DNA of 58,430 nucleotides, filler included, from Circinaria calcarea (lineage: Eukaryota), in assembly GCA_051942165.1 (NCBI GenBank). It is 8 parts of 8 records of this genome, joined end to end, with 100 filler letters (N's around TTAATTAATTAA, not from the genome) between each part and the next. Parts side by side here need not be neighbours in the genome. Positions count along the whole stretch, not along the records: positions 7,337 to 14,563 come from JAVECS010001381.1; positions 14,664 to 21,883 come from JAVECS010001382.1; positions 21,984 to 29,201 come from JAVECS010001383.1; 5 more parts are not named here. The stretch is one strand, 5' to 3'. Positions 12,018 through 23,758 of the stretch are shown here, in pieces (the stretch's first letter is position 1; the number at the start of each line of letters is the position of its first letter). Both the position numbers and the translations under genes were made by a program. The notes beneath the pieces were generated by a model. The model was given only the letters and a program-made list of their open reading frames with translations. It made no database searches and was not told the DNA's origin.

Positions 12018-13430
12018 ATGCAATCAAGTCCAACCACAGCACCGGATAGTTCCCTTGAAGATAGAATCGCCGATATTGTGCTGGCCAGATTCAACGAACT
12101 GCCAGCCAAAAGTAAACCCGCAACTGACAATGAAGGCAACCGCAGCTGGGTGCCGCTGAGTGGCATTGTATTGAGTAAAGGTAAACAGCGGCTTCGTCTA
12201 CCTTACCAAACGAGATTGACAATCACTAAGCGAACCCTAATTGGTAGATGAAGAGGATATAACATGTGTATCGGTTGCGTAAGAGTATCGGGATTAATGA
12301 ACACAGAGATGGTTCTAATATCTACCAGTACTGGCATGAAATGTCTACCCTCTCATAAAGTCCCTCAAGCTCAAGGTTTTGTTCTTCATGATTGGCACGC
12401 CGAGATTCTTGCGATCCGCGGCTTCAACCACTACCTGCTTCAAGAGTGCCATCGCTTCGTTGAATCCAGCGAACACACGTCCCCGTTTATCCGGCGGCGG
12501 AATGAAGGCGAAGAATCCCTTTCCCGGGGTCTGCAGCCGTTCACGATCCAAGAGAGGGTGAAAATCTACATGTACTGTTCTGAAGCGCCGTGCGGTGATG
12601 CTAGCATGGAGCTTACCATGAGCAATCAAGAAGACGACACACCATGGGCGGTCCTTCCTAAAGTCACTGACACCGATCAGCCCGAGATGTTAAAGGGTCG
12701 TGGATATTTCTCCGAACTTGGGATCGTGAGGCGAAAACCATGTATGTTTTCGCCTTCAGCTTTCCCACACAGTACTAATACCATGCCAAAAGCGCGTCCT
12801 GATAGTCCCCCTAGCCTCTCAAAGTCTTGTTCGGATAAGCTCGCTCTGAAGCAGTGCACGTCCTTACTTTCCTCGCCTGCTTCCCTTCTATTCTCCCCAG
12901 AAAACGCTTATCTTCATAGCCTGATCTTGCCTTCATCTCAGTACGTTGATTCGGCTTGTGACAGAGCTTTCGGTAGAACCGGGCGAATGAAATCCGTACT
13001 CAATCAGCAGTGGAATGGTAGCTATGTGTTTCGGCCTTTTCAGGTAAAGACCACGGGCAGAGAGTTCAAATTTTCGCGGCGTTCTCTAGGCTCAGCAGCG
13101 CCAACACCAAAAAGCTCAAATATCTCTGCTCTCTGGACACCAGTTTTGCAGGAAACATTGATAAATGGTGTCCTACAAGGACGAAAGCAGACTGATCCCC
13201 GGGGCGGGAGTGCTGTTTGTAGACTGAGAATGGGTGGACTGGCCATGAATTTGCTGCGGGCACTGGCCATTCCTGCGTTTGCACACGCTGTGGCAAGCCC
13301 CAGATACAGTGACTTGAAAAAGACCCAGCCGCTGGAAAATCGTCGAATAGTCAAGGAAGACGCACGGAGAGAAGCTCTTAAAGGCTGGGTCCGGAACGTC
13401 GAAGACGATTTCGAATTGATACCAGTATAG
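12018..13430 (+). CDS. TAD1: tRNA-specific adenosine deaminase (Tad1/ADAT1); spliced
   Basis: WVPLSGIV, TGMKCLP, DWHAEIL, PCGDASM, RRKP, SKSCSDKL and NGVLQG. No dsRNA-binding domain. Confidence 0.92.
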
Positions 13431-13687
13431 ATCGCTTTATTGTTGCGACCAGCTTTTCGTGAGATCCGTGTAGACCGAGCGTAGGATAGACTTTCGTACC
13501 TGTAATAGGAGGTATGCGGATGAAGAGTTTTTGAACGCTCATTGAGAGGATCTTCAGTCTCAGACCAGCTTCCCTTCACGTAAGCGTCCTTACGCTTTGC
13601 TCCCGTCTGCTCTGTGTTTTCTCCTACTAGAGCAAGGGCTCGACGATTCTTTAAGTGAAGATATCCACATTACTGCATGTCCCAGTG

Positions 13688-14179
13688 TCAGGTCTCCCTC
13701 TCCTCCTTCACAACAGCGCTACCCCACTCCCCCTCACCATTACCATCACCATCACCCCCCTTCCTCTTCGTCTTTCTCTCAAACTCCCCCTTCATCTTCC
13801 AAAACAGCTTCCGTTCCAACTCCCTCTGATCCTTCAGCCTCTCCACCTCGCGATCAATCTCCTCGTTCTTTCTCCGGTCATCTTCGAGCACCGCCAGCAC
13901 CTTCTTAACAGTCTCTTCGTACGCGCTTTCGATTTGCTCGGCCGTCATGGTACGCAGGATGGTGGTTTTGCGCGCCTCGAAGGCGCGCCGTTGGGATTCG
14001 GTGCGGGGGAGGCCGGATATGTGGCCGTGGGGGTAGGTGGAGGAGAGGGAGGCTGGGAGACCGCGTTTGGGATGGGTGCGAAAGGGTATGTGGGTTTTGG
14101 TATCTGGCGGGGAGGTGTGGCTTGGAGAGTCCATTTTAGAATCATTTGGTTCTGGGACAGCCGTGGAGGTGGAATACAC
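13688..14179 (-). CDS. Hypothetical protein with coiled-coil C-terminal half
   Basis: 163-aa ATG ORF with an E/K/R-rich helical segment. Confidence 0.55.
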   Translation of the reverse strand: MYSTSTAVPEPNDSKMDSPSHTSPPDTKTHIPFRTHPKRGLPASLSSTYPHGHISGLPRTESQRRAFEARKTTILRTMTAEQIESAYEETVKKVLAVLEDDRRKNEEIDREVERLKDQRELERKLFWKMKGEFERKTKRKGGDGDGNGEGEWGSAVVKEERET

Positions 14180-14563
14180 TCTGTCAGTGGAGAGCGGCGT
14201 GAAGTCGATCGTAAAGGGTCCTCAATTGATGCATGTGAATCAAGTAAGATAGGCAATATATCCTACAGTGTAGAGTAAGCAAGTAAGATGCAAGAAGTCT
14301 CTCCTCTACAACTACCAGCTCAGCGACTTGCTTCCAGCTCCTATGGTTCCGAAGTGACGCTAGAGAAAAGTATCTAGAGAACCCCTTGTGCAGATCATTC
14401 TCAGCCCTACCAGCCCTACTCCCCATACCCATACCCATACCTATACCTTCCTTGCCTTAATCCTCTTCCCACTTCATCCACCACCTCCCAAAACCTTTTA
14501 TTCCCTTACAAACATGGTACGTCCTCTCCTCTTTCCACCTCCCCTTCCCTTCCCTTTCCCTTC

Positions 14564-14663
14564 NNNNNNNNNNNNNNNNNNNNNNNNNNNNNNNNNNNNN
14601 NNNNNNNTTAATTAATTAANNNNNNNNNNNNNNNNNNNNNNNNNNNNNNNNNNNNNNNNNNNN
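14564..14663. other. Artificial contig linker
   Basis: N44-TTAATTAATTAA-N44. Confidence 0.98.
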
Positions 14664-15682
14664 GGGGGAGGGGGAGGATAGTTAGCTGGCCGTGCTTGCT
14701 AATTTTTCTGGTTTTTGGTTGGAAGAATCCGGGTGTTGAGTTCCCAAGTCCCGACCCAGTTCCCAAGACTCAGATCTCGTGGACATAGTTCTGGAGCGTA
14801 GGAAGAGGGTAGTTTGTTCTATGGGGAAAGAAATGGGGGAAAGGGGAAAGGGGTACTTATACCTGTTCCGTGGCGCTCGGGGAAAAGTAGGAAAGTGGGA
14901 TACTCAACCGCCCGCTGCTATCTACTCTGTCTCCTCCCCCTACCACGCCCCTATCACGAATAAAAAAACCCACAAAATCACAAAGGAACAAACCCCACGG
15001 TATAAGTAGCCCGCCTTACTGGTACGAATCCCCCAAAAAGCGCCCGATTCGATTCGCCAGAAACAGAAACAGAAACAGAACCGAGACAAAAAGCCCTAGA
15101 TCTAGATAGATAGAGTACAGTATCCTCGGGGTTTCGTGTTCGGGTTCGGGTTTAGGTTTCAACGATATTAAAATAAAAAACACCGCAAACTCAAGAATTT
15201 CTCGGTATTGATGAATCGGATCTTCTCGAAATACCGTGCACCAACCTAACGTAACCAACCCAACTGATAGATGGGATAGATAGATGGATCGATGCACTGA
15301 ACTTCGAAAGTTCAGAGTACTGTAGCCGGCCTAATTTCCCAGCTGGGGAAAATTGAAGAAGAAGAAGAGATGGAGAATTTGTAGCATTTTGGGTCTAGTA
15401 TCTAGTGGAATTTACACATACATGTTTTGCTCTATAGGCTTTCACTGATATGGTATCGTGGGTATCTCCCAAAAAAAAGGTCAAAATCAAATGCGCTCCA
15501 TTCACAATGCAAGGGCCAGAAAGAAAGCGGCCTCCTAGGCCACGGGCCCGGAAAAAAACCCCCCCCAGTCATATTCTGACAGCAACAGTCATCTTGTACC
15601 CCCTTCATCCATTCACCTAGATGCTCACTCCTTCCATCCCTTCCACCAGCCCTGAACCGTTTATCCCATTTACCAAGCCATT

Positions 15683-17636
15683 TCACTTTATCCTCCCCAA
15701 AACCTCTTCCAAACACCCTGCACTCGCTGCCACAAAACCCAAGTAAGGTTTGCTGGGTTGGAGAACACGGCTGAGGTACTCGGGGTGGAATTGAACGCCA
15801 ACGAACCAAGGGTGATCCTTGAGCTCGATGATCTCCATCCGCTCTCCTTTGTCGTCTTTACCAATGAAAGAGAGGCCATGGGAAGCGAGGCGGTCAATAT
15901 ATGCAGGATTGACCTCGTAGCGATGACGATGACGTTCGAGGATGATGAGCTCGTCCTCAGCGGAGGAAGGAAAAGAAGAAGTAGAAGAGGAAGGCGAGTC
16001 TCCATTGGATACTCCGTTCGTGCTTGGTGATGCGGGAAGCAGTGACTTTTTGGAGCCGTAGAGTGCGCGGAGTTTACTCCATTCGCTCCCAGACTGGAAA
16101 TGGGTAGGCCGAATTCCCAAGCGCATTGTGCCACCCAGAGTAGTACGGTCAATTTCCGGCATAAAAATTACCACCGGATCAGGGGTTCGCTCATCAAGCT
16201 CAATGGATGCAGCTTTAGGAAGGTTGCAGACATTCCGAGCGAACTCAATGACAGCTATCTGCATGCCAAGGCAGATGCCCAGATACGGAGTCTTGTTCTT
16301 GCGCGCCCAGTTGGCAGCTGCTATCATTCCTTCGGTGCCTCTATGACCGAATCCACCGGGCACAAGGATCCCCTGAGCCGTACAGATCACATGCCAAGCT
16401 TTGTGATATTCGGCGGGGGAGGATGTACTAGTGACAGACTCGAGGTGCGAAGCATCAACCCACACAAGATCCAATTTGCGAGAGCATGCCATTGCGGCGT
16501 GTTCGAGGGATTTGATAACAGACAGATAAGAGTCATGAAGGTTTGTGTATTTTCCCACAAGTGCAATGGTGACCTTTTTGTATAGGTGGTCTAATGGGGC
16601 CGTGAGCGCATTCCAAGCCTTCCAGGTCTGCGCACCCTTTACCACCAAGCGATCCGATATTGTAAGGAGATCTAGACGCAGGATCTTCTGCAACAAGGGG
16701 ATAAGACCTTGTGATTCGAGGAGGAGGGGAACATGATATGTGGATGCAACGTCGTGCACAGCTACGACCTGTTCTGGCTCAACTTGGCAGAACATGGCGA
16801 TCTTATCGGTCGTAGTCTTTTCGAGTGCTTCTGAACAGCGGCAGGCGATCTTCATAGGGTCAACACAGAGCATACGTTTTTAGCAACCTTGAATCTTACC
16901 AGGTCTGGGTTCAAACCCGAACTCCGCACGTCTCTGATTGCTGCCTGCGTAGGTTTGGTCTTTTGTTCCTCGTTTATAACAGGGATGAGAGAGACGTGAA
17001 TTTGAAGAAAGTTGTCTTTCCCAGCCCTCCTCCTCAATTGCCTCATGGCCTCAATAAAAGGGGCGCTTTCAATATCGCCAACGGTCCCTCCGAGCTCAAT
17101 GATGCATACATCTGGCTGCTCGTTCGTGTCATCCACTGGTATCCGTGCAACCCGCTCTATCCAATCCTGGGTTGCATCTGTAAGATGAGGGACCACCTGA
17201 ACGGTCCGACCGAGATAATCTCCTCTTCGTTCACGTTCAATCACATGCTGGTAAATCTTTCCAGTGGTGATGTTGTTTTCACGAGTCAAGGTGATGTTGA
17301 GGTAGCGTTCGTAATTGCCGAGGTCGAGGTCAACCTCTCCTCCATCGTCCAAAACAAAGACCTCCCCGTGCTCTGTTGGCGCCATCGTGCCGGCGTCTAC
17401 ATTCATGTACGGATCGATCTTAATGGAAGACACTTTCAACCCAATTGTCTTCAACAGTAGACCGGTCGAGGAGGCTATGTCAGCGTTAGCAATTTTCCGA
17501 GAAGTGCAATTGGAGCAACACATACCAATTATGCCCTTGCCGATTCCGCTGATCACGCCTAAGAATTGGTTATTTGGCGTCTTTCAAGACCTGAAAGCAG
17601 CAGAATCTAACCTCCTGATACTAGAACGTACTTCAT
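15683..17636 (-). CDS. URA7: CTP synthase; spliced
   Basis: [56 protein letters not shown], glutaminase [18 protein letters not shown] and QFHPE. Confidence 0.97.
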
Positions 17637-17877
17637 GATGTCTGTTGGACTCGTAATGAAGTTACGAGTGCCTTTCCTGGCTAATGCCAGGGGGAAGGAG
17701 AGAAGTCGAAAACAGTTCGAGTCCGTGGGGGGGTTATATTTTTCGTGTCATATCGCGCGCCTAGCCCTGCGCGGATCATTTTAGCCCCTCCTCCGCCCTG
17801 TACCATAGGTGTGTTGAAGGAATGCAAGGAATGCAAGAAGCTCGGCTTCTCAGCAACACTTTCTTCCTATCATACTC

Positions 17878-18261
17878 TCAATCGCATCGCACCAACATGA
17901 ACGATGTCAGGAGGAACATCGCACAGATCGCATGTGCAACAGCATGCAACCAAGGTCCACCCATTCCACCCCTTGTCTGCGCTCGTCGAATCCTGGCGAT
18001 GGCTCGAAATAGCGGACCGGCGTGGTATACGGCCAATGCTCCTGCAATATGCCTGGACAGCTGATTTGATGGTCTCAATACAAACATCGCCGCTATAATG
18101 TTTGATGACACGAGTAGGAGGGCATATTGTCTGACCAGGCCGTGGGCCTCAGGCTGTGGAGCAGAGAGCGTCGCAGAGGGTTGGAGGAAGAACCTGATAG
18201 AAGCCGGTATCTCGACCATCAGGTGCAAGAAGAAGGCGATTTGGCACAGCGACAATGCCAT
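17878..18261 (-). CDS. Small hypothetical membrane protein (~4 hydrophobic segments)
   Basis: 127-aa ATG ORF with hydrophobic helices and motifs VEIPAS, RQYALLL and YHAGP. Confidence 0.7.
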   Translation of the reverse strand: MALSLCQIAFFLHLMVEIPASIRFFLQPSATLSAPQPEAHGLVRQYALLLVSSNIIAAMFVLRPSNQLSRHIAGALAVYHAGPLFRAIARIRRAQTRGGMGGPWLHAVAHAICAMFLLTSFMLVRCD

Positions 18262-18428
18262 TGCTCATTTATAGCTGGCCTCTAGAGAGAAAGGGTAGGT
18301 ATGTATGTAAATAAGCAATCAACCTAGCGCATCGCGTATGCGCGACCCCATGTTCTTTCTTGTTTGTCGTCATCATCTAGTAAATTCGTACATTCTGAAA
18401 GTTACAAGCAACCAGTTTTTCCGCAGAG

Positions 18429-19411
18429 ATGGTGCTTCTAACGCCGCGCATACATTTCTTTGAGATCAACGATCAACCGTGGTATGTTCCAATGCTTGTC
18501 ACCTGTCTGTCGATCCTACTAACATGACCAGGTTCCCAGCTTACCTACGATCCAAAGTTCAGGCGGGTCTGACTTTACTATGGACTTTGCGGCTTCCCTT
18601 AATACAGTGGACCTCGCCTGCAAGACTTGTTTCCACCACACTACAGGAGACACTTGGGGGAAAAGTGTCTGAGTATACTTACGTAGACTTTTGTGCTGGG
18701 GCTGGAGGTCCAACGCCATACATAGAACAGCATCTGAATAAACAACTTGAGCTGCTGAGCAATAACGAGAAAGCCTACAAAAGGGCTGTCGGGACATCCA
18801 ATGGACGGAGTGATGAAATGGATGCAGACCCAAGTGTCGATTTCGTTCTCACGGACATTGCTCCACATCTTGAAGCATGGGAAGTCGCAGCCAAAAAGAG
18901 TGATAACCTGCATTTCATTCCAACGTCGGTTGATGCGGCCAATGCACCTCCAAATCTTCTCAGGGCGCTGTCCAGAGGAGCGAAGAGCAACAAGAAAGTC
19001 TTTCGCCTCTTCAACCTTGCCTTCCACCATTTCGATGATCCGCTTGCGGAGAAGATACTGCGTAATACTCTTGCCACGAGTGATGGGTTCGGTATCTTCG
19101 AGTTGCAAGCCCGCACTTTGTCGTCTTTTCTTACGATTACTCTGATATGGCCATTGATGCTTTTGGTCTCACCATTCTACTTTTGGGATTCTCCTAGACA
19201 TCTCTTCTTTACTTACATCATACCGATCATACCCTTTGTCATGGTCTTTGACGGGTACGTTTCAAGTCTCAGGACTAGGAGTGCGGCCGAGGTTATGGCA
19301 ATGATCCGCAAAGTCGGTGGATCTGAAGGATGGGAGTTTAGGAGTGGAAGTGAATGCCATACTTATCCCACTGGAGAAATGACATGGTTCATAGGGGTTA
19401 AGAAGGCGTGA
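18429..19411 (+). CDS. Uncharacterised class I SAM-dependent methyltransferase-like protein; one intron
   Basis: MVLLTPRIHFFEINDQPW-FPAYLR, motif I-like VDFCAGAGGP, VLTDI, AFHHFDD and FDGYVSSLRTR. Confidence 0.7.
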
Positions 19412-19746
19412 GGAGATACCAAAAAAAAGACAAACTAGGTTTTTGGTCGAAGAGCTCAGATTGAATGACACATTGGCTTCTGTGTATATATCAATTATAA
19501 CGAGCACTGAGAATTCATTTTTCGCTTGAACCAATACACTGTAGAATCTCGTTATCTAATCATCATTTAACGTCACATTCCAGTCCCGGTGATATCCGTT
19601 GAGTACAAAACAGTAGAACAAAAATATAAAGTCCTTTCGCTACTTCATATACATACGAGGAGTAGAGCTGGGAGATCAGATATTACAGAATGAACTAAAG
19701 TACAGACGCTACTGGTACATCCTTTGCGCTGCAGTTGACAGTGGCT

Positions 19747-21225
19747 ATGCCTCCACAGGGCATTCGCCAGATCCTCCACCTTCCTCGATTCTCAATTCCG
19801 TCAGCTCCCAGTCGTCCCCTTCAATCAAATCTGTGTCGTCCACAAGTCCGCCATCAATCTCGATTCCCGTTCCCCAGTGGTCCGCGCAAACAATACCAAT
19901 ACAACCGCTTCAGCCGCGCCCAAACCATCAAATACCTATGGCAGACCAGCCCCGGCTTCCGCTATGGCACAGGTGGAGCAGGTGTCGGGCTAGCTACCTT
20001 TGTCGGCTATAACATTGAGACCGTACCGATATCAGGCAGACGGCGGTTCAATTGGGTGTCTGGTTCGTATGAGCAGGAGATGGGGGAACAGCAATACCAG
20101 CAGATCATCAATGAATTCAGAGGACGCATACTACCGGAATGGCATCCGCATGTAAAGTTGGTACGGAGGGTGTTGGAGAGACTGATACCGGCCAGTGGGT
20201 TGGAGGGACAGGAGTGGGAAGTGAATGTTATTGATGACAAGGCACAACTGAATGCTTTTGTTATTCCTGGGTAGGTTCTGCCATTTTCCTTTTGAGTATC
20301 CAAGAGCAGTGTGGGATTTTGGAGTAAAGGTCAGGGATGTGGCAAGCCTCTTGCTAATGCTGTGGCTAGTGGAAAGGTCTTTGTATTTAGTGGTCTCCTC
20401 CCAATATGCAATGGCGAAGATGGGCTGGCTACTGTTCTCGGCCACGAAATCGCTCATAACGTGGTCCATCATGCGGCGGAGAATTACAGTCGACTGTCTT
20501 TGATACTACCCATTGCTTGGCTTGGGTCTTTTATCTTCGATGTCTCCGGACAACTTTCTTTTGCCTTGCTGGATTATGCATATAATAGGCCAGGTTCCAG
20601 GAAACAGGAGGTATACTTCACTTTTGACATACCATAGGAGTAATCTGCTGATATTTCCCCTCCAGTCCGAAGCAGATTATATCGGTCTGAGTATGTCCTC
20701 CTTTCATTCTCTCTTTATTAATGTGCTCTACTAATTTTTTATAGTGATGATGGCTCAAAGCTGTTATGACCCCGAAGCAGCTGTAGAACTGTATGCTTTT
20801 ACTTTCCCTTCCTAATGCCAAGATTCTCCTAACATCCTCAGCTGGAGGCGAATGGAACAGGCAGAACAAATCGCCATCCCGCAGTTCCTATCAACCCATC
20901 CCTCGGTAAGACCTTCTCCTCCAATATTCTTACTTCAGCTGATCCGATCTAGAGCCACAATCGGGTGGCCAAGATCCAAGAGTGGTACGCACAAGTCCCC
21001 AAGACATCTTAGAGGGCAAGGAAAGTCCCATCTAAAAATTATCCGCAGGTTACCGCAAGCCCAAGGGAAACGCATTGAAAGCGAGTGTGGGACGACTTTA
21101 CGATACAGTGAGCATCTCTCCCTTCCTCCCCTTGAATATCCTCGAGGCAGTAAAGCTCTAACACGACTCTTGCAGCTAATGAGTTCCGGAAAGCATTTGG
21201 ACGGGGCGAGGATGGGTTCTGGTAG
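19747..21225 (+). CDS. OMA1: Mitochondrial metalloendopeptidase OMA1 (M48); multi-exon
   Basis: Presequence-like N-terminus, ETVPISGRRRF, NAFVIPG-GKVFVFSG, HEIAH zinc motif, SRKQE-SEADYIGL and FLSTHP. Confidence 0.92.
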
Positions 21226-21450
21226 CGCGGATACGTTTATCTACACTAAAAAGCACAGTCCGCCATCTATCATCAAAGCGTTATGAAAATTCTATTATCC
21301 CATGTTTGTTACCAGATAGGTGAAAGGTTGAAAAACGCCTGGCGAATTTTCGGGAATCTAAGTCTTAATCATGGCTCAAGTGTAACGAGGGTAATTTCGG
21401 AGTTTTATCGACAGGAATTACACACGTACCCCTTTATGACTGGGCTACAT

Positions 21451-21671
21451 CAGGGCTGCCAGTAGTCCGGACTGCGAACTGACAATCCACCTTAACAGTC
21501 CAAAACGTGTGTGGAAATTGCAGGCAAGTGGGCGTTAACTAGGGAACACATACGCACTTGCCAACATCGGTTACGTGCACGCAGATTTTTATTTATTCAC
21601 CTATCTTAAGTGGGATAATAAATGTAGATCCTAAACCGTCTCCTTAACAGTCTGGACTACTGGCGGCCGTG
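21451..21671. mobile_element. 221-bp MITE with hAT-like termini
   Basis: 24-bp imperfect TIRs: CAGGGCTGCCAGTAGTCCGGACTG (21451-21474) versus the reverse complement of 21648-21671, CACGGCCGCCAGTAGTCCAGACTG. Flanks ggctacat / (c)ggctgcat resemble a decayed 8-9 bp TSD. Confidence 0.75.
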
Positions 21672-21883
21672 CGGCTGCATGCCCTGTCCTTTCACTATTT
21701 CTCAAACTACTCGTGTAGCCTCTTTCACGTTTGGTAATTAACAACTCTCAGAAAAAAGGCAATACCCAAACCTTCCCTCCCTACCTCTCCACACGCACAC
21801 AAACAAACATATCAACTCCACTCCACCGTAAACCAGATGATCCCCCTTCGTTTTCCAAGGAGCCGATGCACCTTTCCTAGCTC

Positions 21884-21983
21884 NNNNNNNNNNNNNNNNN
21901 NNNNNNNNNNNNNNNNNNNNNNNNNNNTTAATTAATTAANNNNNNNNNNNNNNNNNNNNNNNNNNNNNNNNNNNNNNNNNNNN
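21884..21983. other. Artificial contig linker
   Basis: N44-TTAATTAATTAA-N44. Confidence 0.98.
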
Positions 21984-22959
21984 TGTGGAACGAGAAGGAC
22001 TATAGTCACGAAGGCTTGGGGAAGATACTGAAGACACTCAACGGGGATCATTTGACGAAGATCACGCGTCCGCCGGGAGATTTGTGATTCCAAAGTGAAG
22101 AGGATCGTGATGGGTATTGGGACAGGAGTAAGAAAGTTAGGCGCTTGGAAGTGTGTTGGGATGGATGAGGGCAGACATCGGGATCGGCGGCACGAGATTG
22201 CACTTTGCTACCGTTGTTGAATCTGCATATCGATAGCGCTTCGAGAATATTCCCATCGATACCCCCATTTGCAGCCAGATCTTTTTGAATAGTGTCAATT
22301 GGCCTAAGCAGGCATGCTTAGACACGTCGACGCTCGTACCACACGCTTCCCTGACCGCCAGTAGTGTTCGAATCGCCACGGCTCCCTTTCAGCCAATGAA
22401 AATGGAGGAGTTTCACAGCAAGGACAACAGCAGCGAGCCAGAGTCGTTCCGTTCACCCGCTTTCCATCTGTGCCATTATGCAAAGGGCAGTAAAGGATAT
22501 GCATGTAGAACCATGGATAGATGAGATTTGTAACCACAGTTAGAAGCGAAACGATAGCTCAGGGCACTGTTCCAGATTCTTCTCCTCCAGGGACGTCTTG
22601 GAAGTGGGTGAGGCGTGCAGATATGGAGTCGTGGGGATCTAACCTGAGGCAACCATTGAGGCATCAACCGCCCTGAGGCTGCAAGTTTCCCCGACGAGCA
22701 AGTAACACGTTAATTAAAGTACTCAAATCGAAATCGAGATATTATTTATAGCTGCGACACGGTGTGACCTGATTGGAGAGAAGCCGTCAAACCTGCGTTC
22801 TCGAGTAACTGGGACTACCGCAGGAGGCCGGATATTCTGTCCAACACTTGTGCTGCTCTCGCCAATCAGATCAGACACTACCGTGAATTGCAAGTGTTGC
22901 TGTGTGAATGACTAAGCGAGGCCTTGCCCAAATCACGGCCCAGTCATCCTGTCCCCTTA

Positions 22960-23395
22960 TCAAAGACGCGCCATCCCACTCACCATCCTTTTCTCCTTCC
23001 ACCTTCACCCTTCAACTTCGAATCCCCAGCGCGTAAAATCTGGAGAGACAAGCCTGACTTTGGCTACTGGATTCTACTTGCCAATCAATTGGTGCCGGCC
23101 GGTTTTCCTCAGGCATCCAATCCCACCTTCCCAATCTACCAAGACTTCCATCCGACAACACTGCACACAGCAACCATCACCGTCATCGTGCAGCGTCCAT
23201 CATCGCGCTGTCCCCCGTCCTTTGCCTCTACGATTGCTCCCGGCACTTGTGCATAGGCTCACCCCAGCAATTCACGCTTCGACACGCTGCTTCCACACGC
23301 TCGCCCGCCTGCAATAAGGGCAGCCTCAGTTAAATCGCGCGTGGAGAACGCGAATCCCTCTACGGTAATTGCTCCCCTTCCCTCTGCGCGCTTCC
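22960..23395. promoter_or_regulatory. Cluster of CGCG (MCB/SCB-like) elements upstream of the 23759 gene
   Basis: GACGCG (~22964), GCGCGTAAA (~23029), CGCGCGT (23336), AACGCGAA (23347) and TGCGCGC (23385). CCAAT boxes at 22862 and 23082. Confidence 0.4.
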
Positions 23396-23758
23396 TCTTT
23401 CGGTACTAGTGTTGAAGGGAGAAGGAGAGGGAAGGGAAGGGAGAGGGCATAATAATATACGCCGTTCAATCCCACTGCTTTTCTTTCTCGTGTCTACACT
23501 CTACTCCCGTCGACATCGCATCTATCGTTTACTTGTTTATTGTTTTTATTGATGTTGACCATCGCCACCCCCGAGGCTAATACCGACTCAGATATCCTGT
23601 GTTGATCTTGTGTTGACATTCCACGTAACACTGCTTCAAGAATCATCCACTGTCATTCGTAGGTGGTCGTCAGCATTTACGCATAATCAATTTACACCTG
23701 TCAACTGGATATCGAGTAAATTAAACATCAACATCAACGCATTCGATACACGAAGGTC

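Noticed and set aside
12018..13430. TAD1 as the enzyme that could edit the contig-8 TAG
   Set aside because: Tad1 is a housekeeping tRNA-Ala A37 deaminase on an unlinked contig, and fungal mRNA editing is attributed to the Tad2/Tad3 complex.
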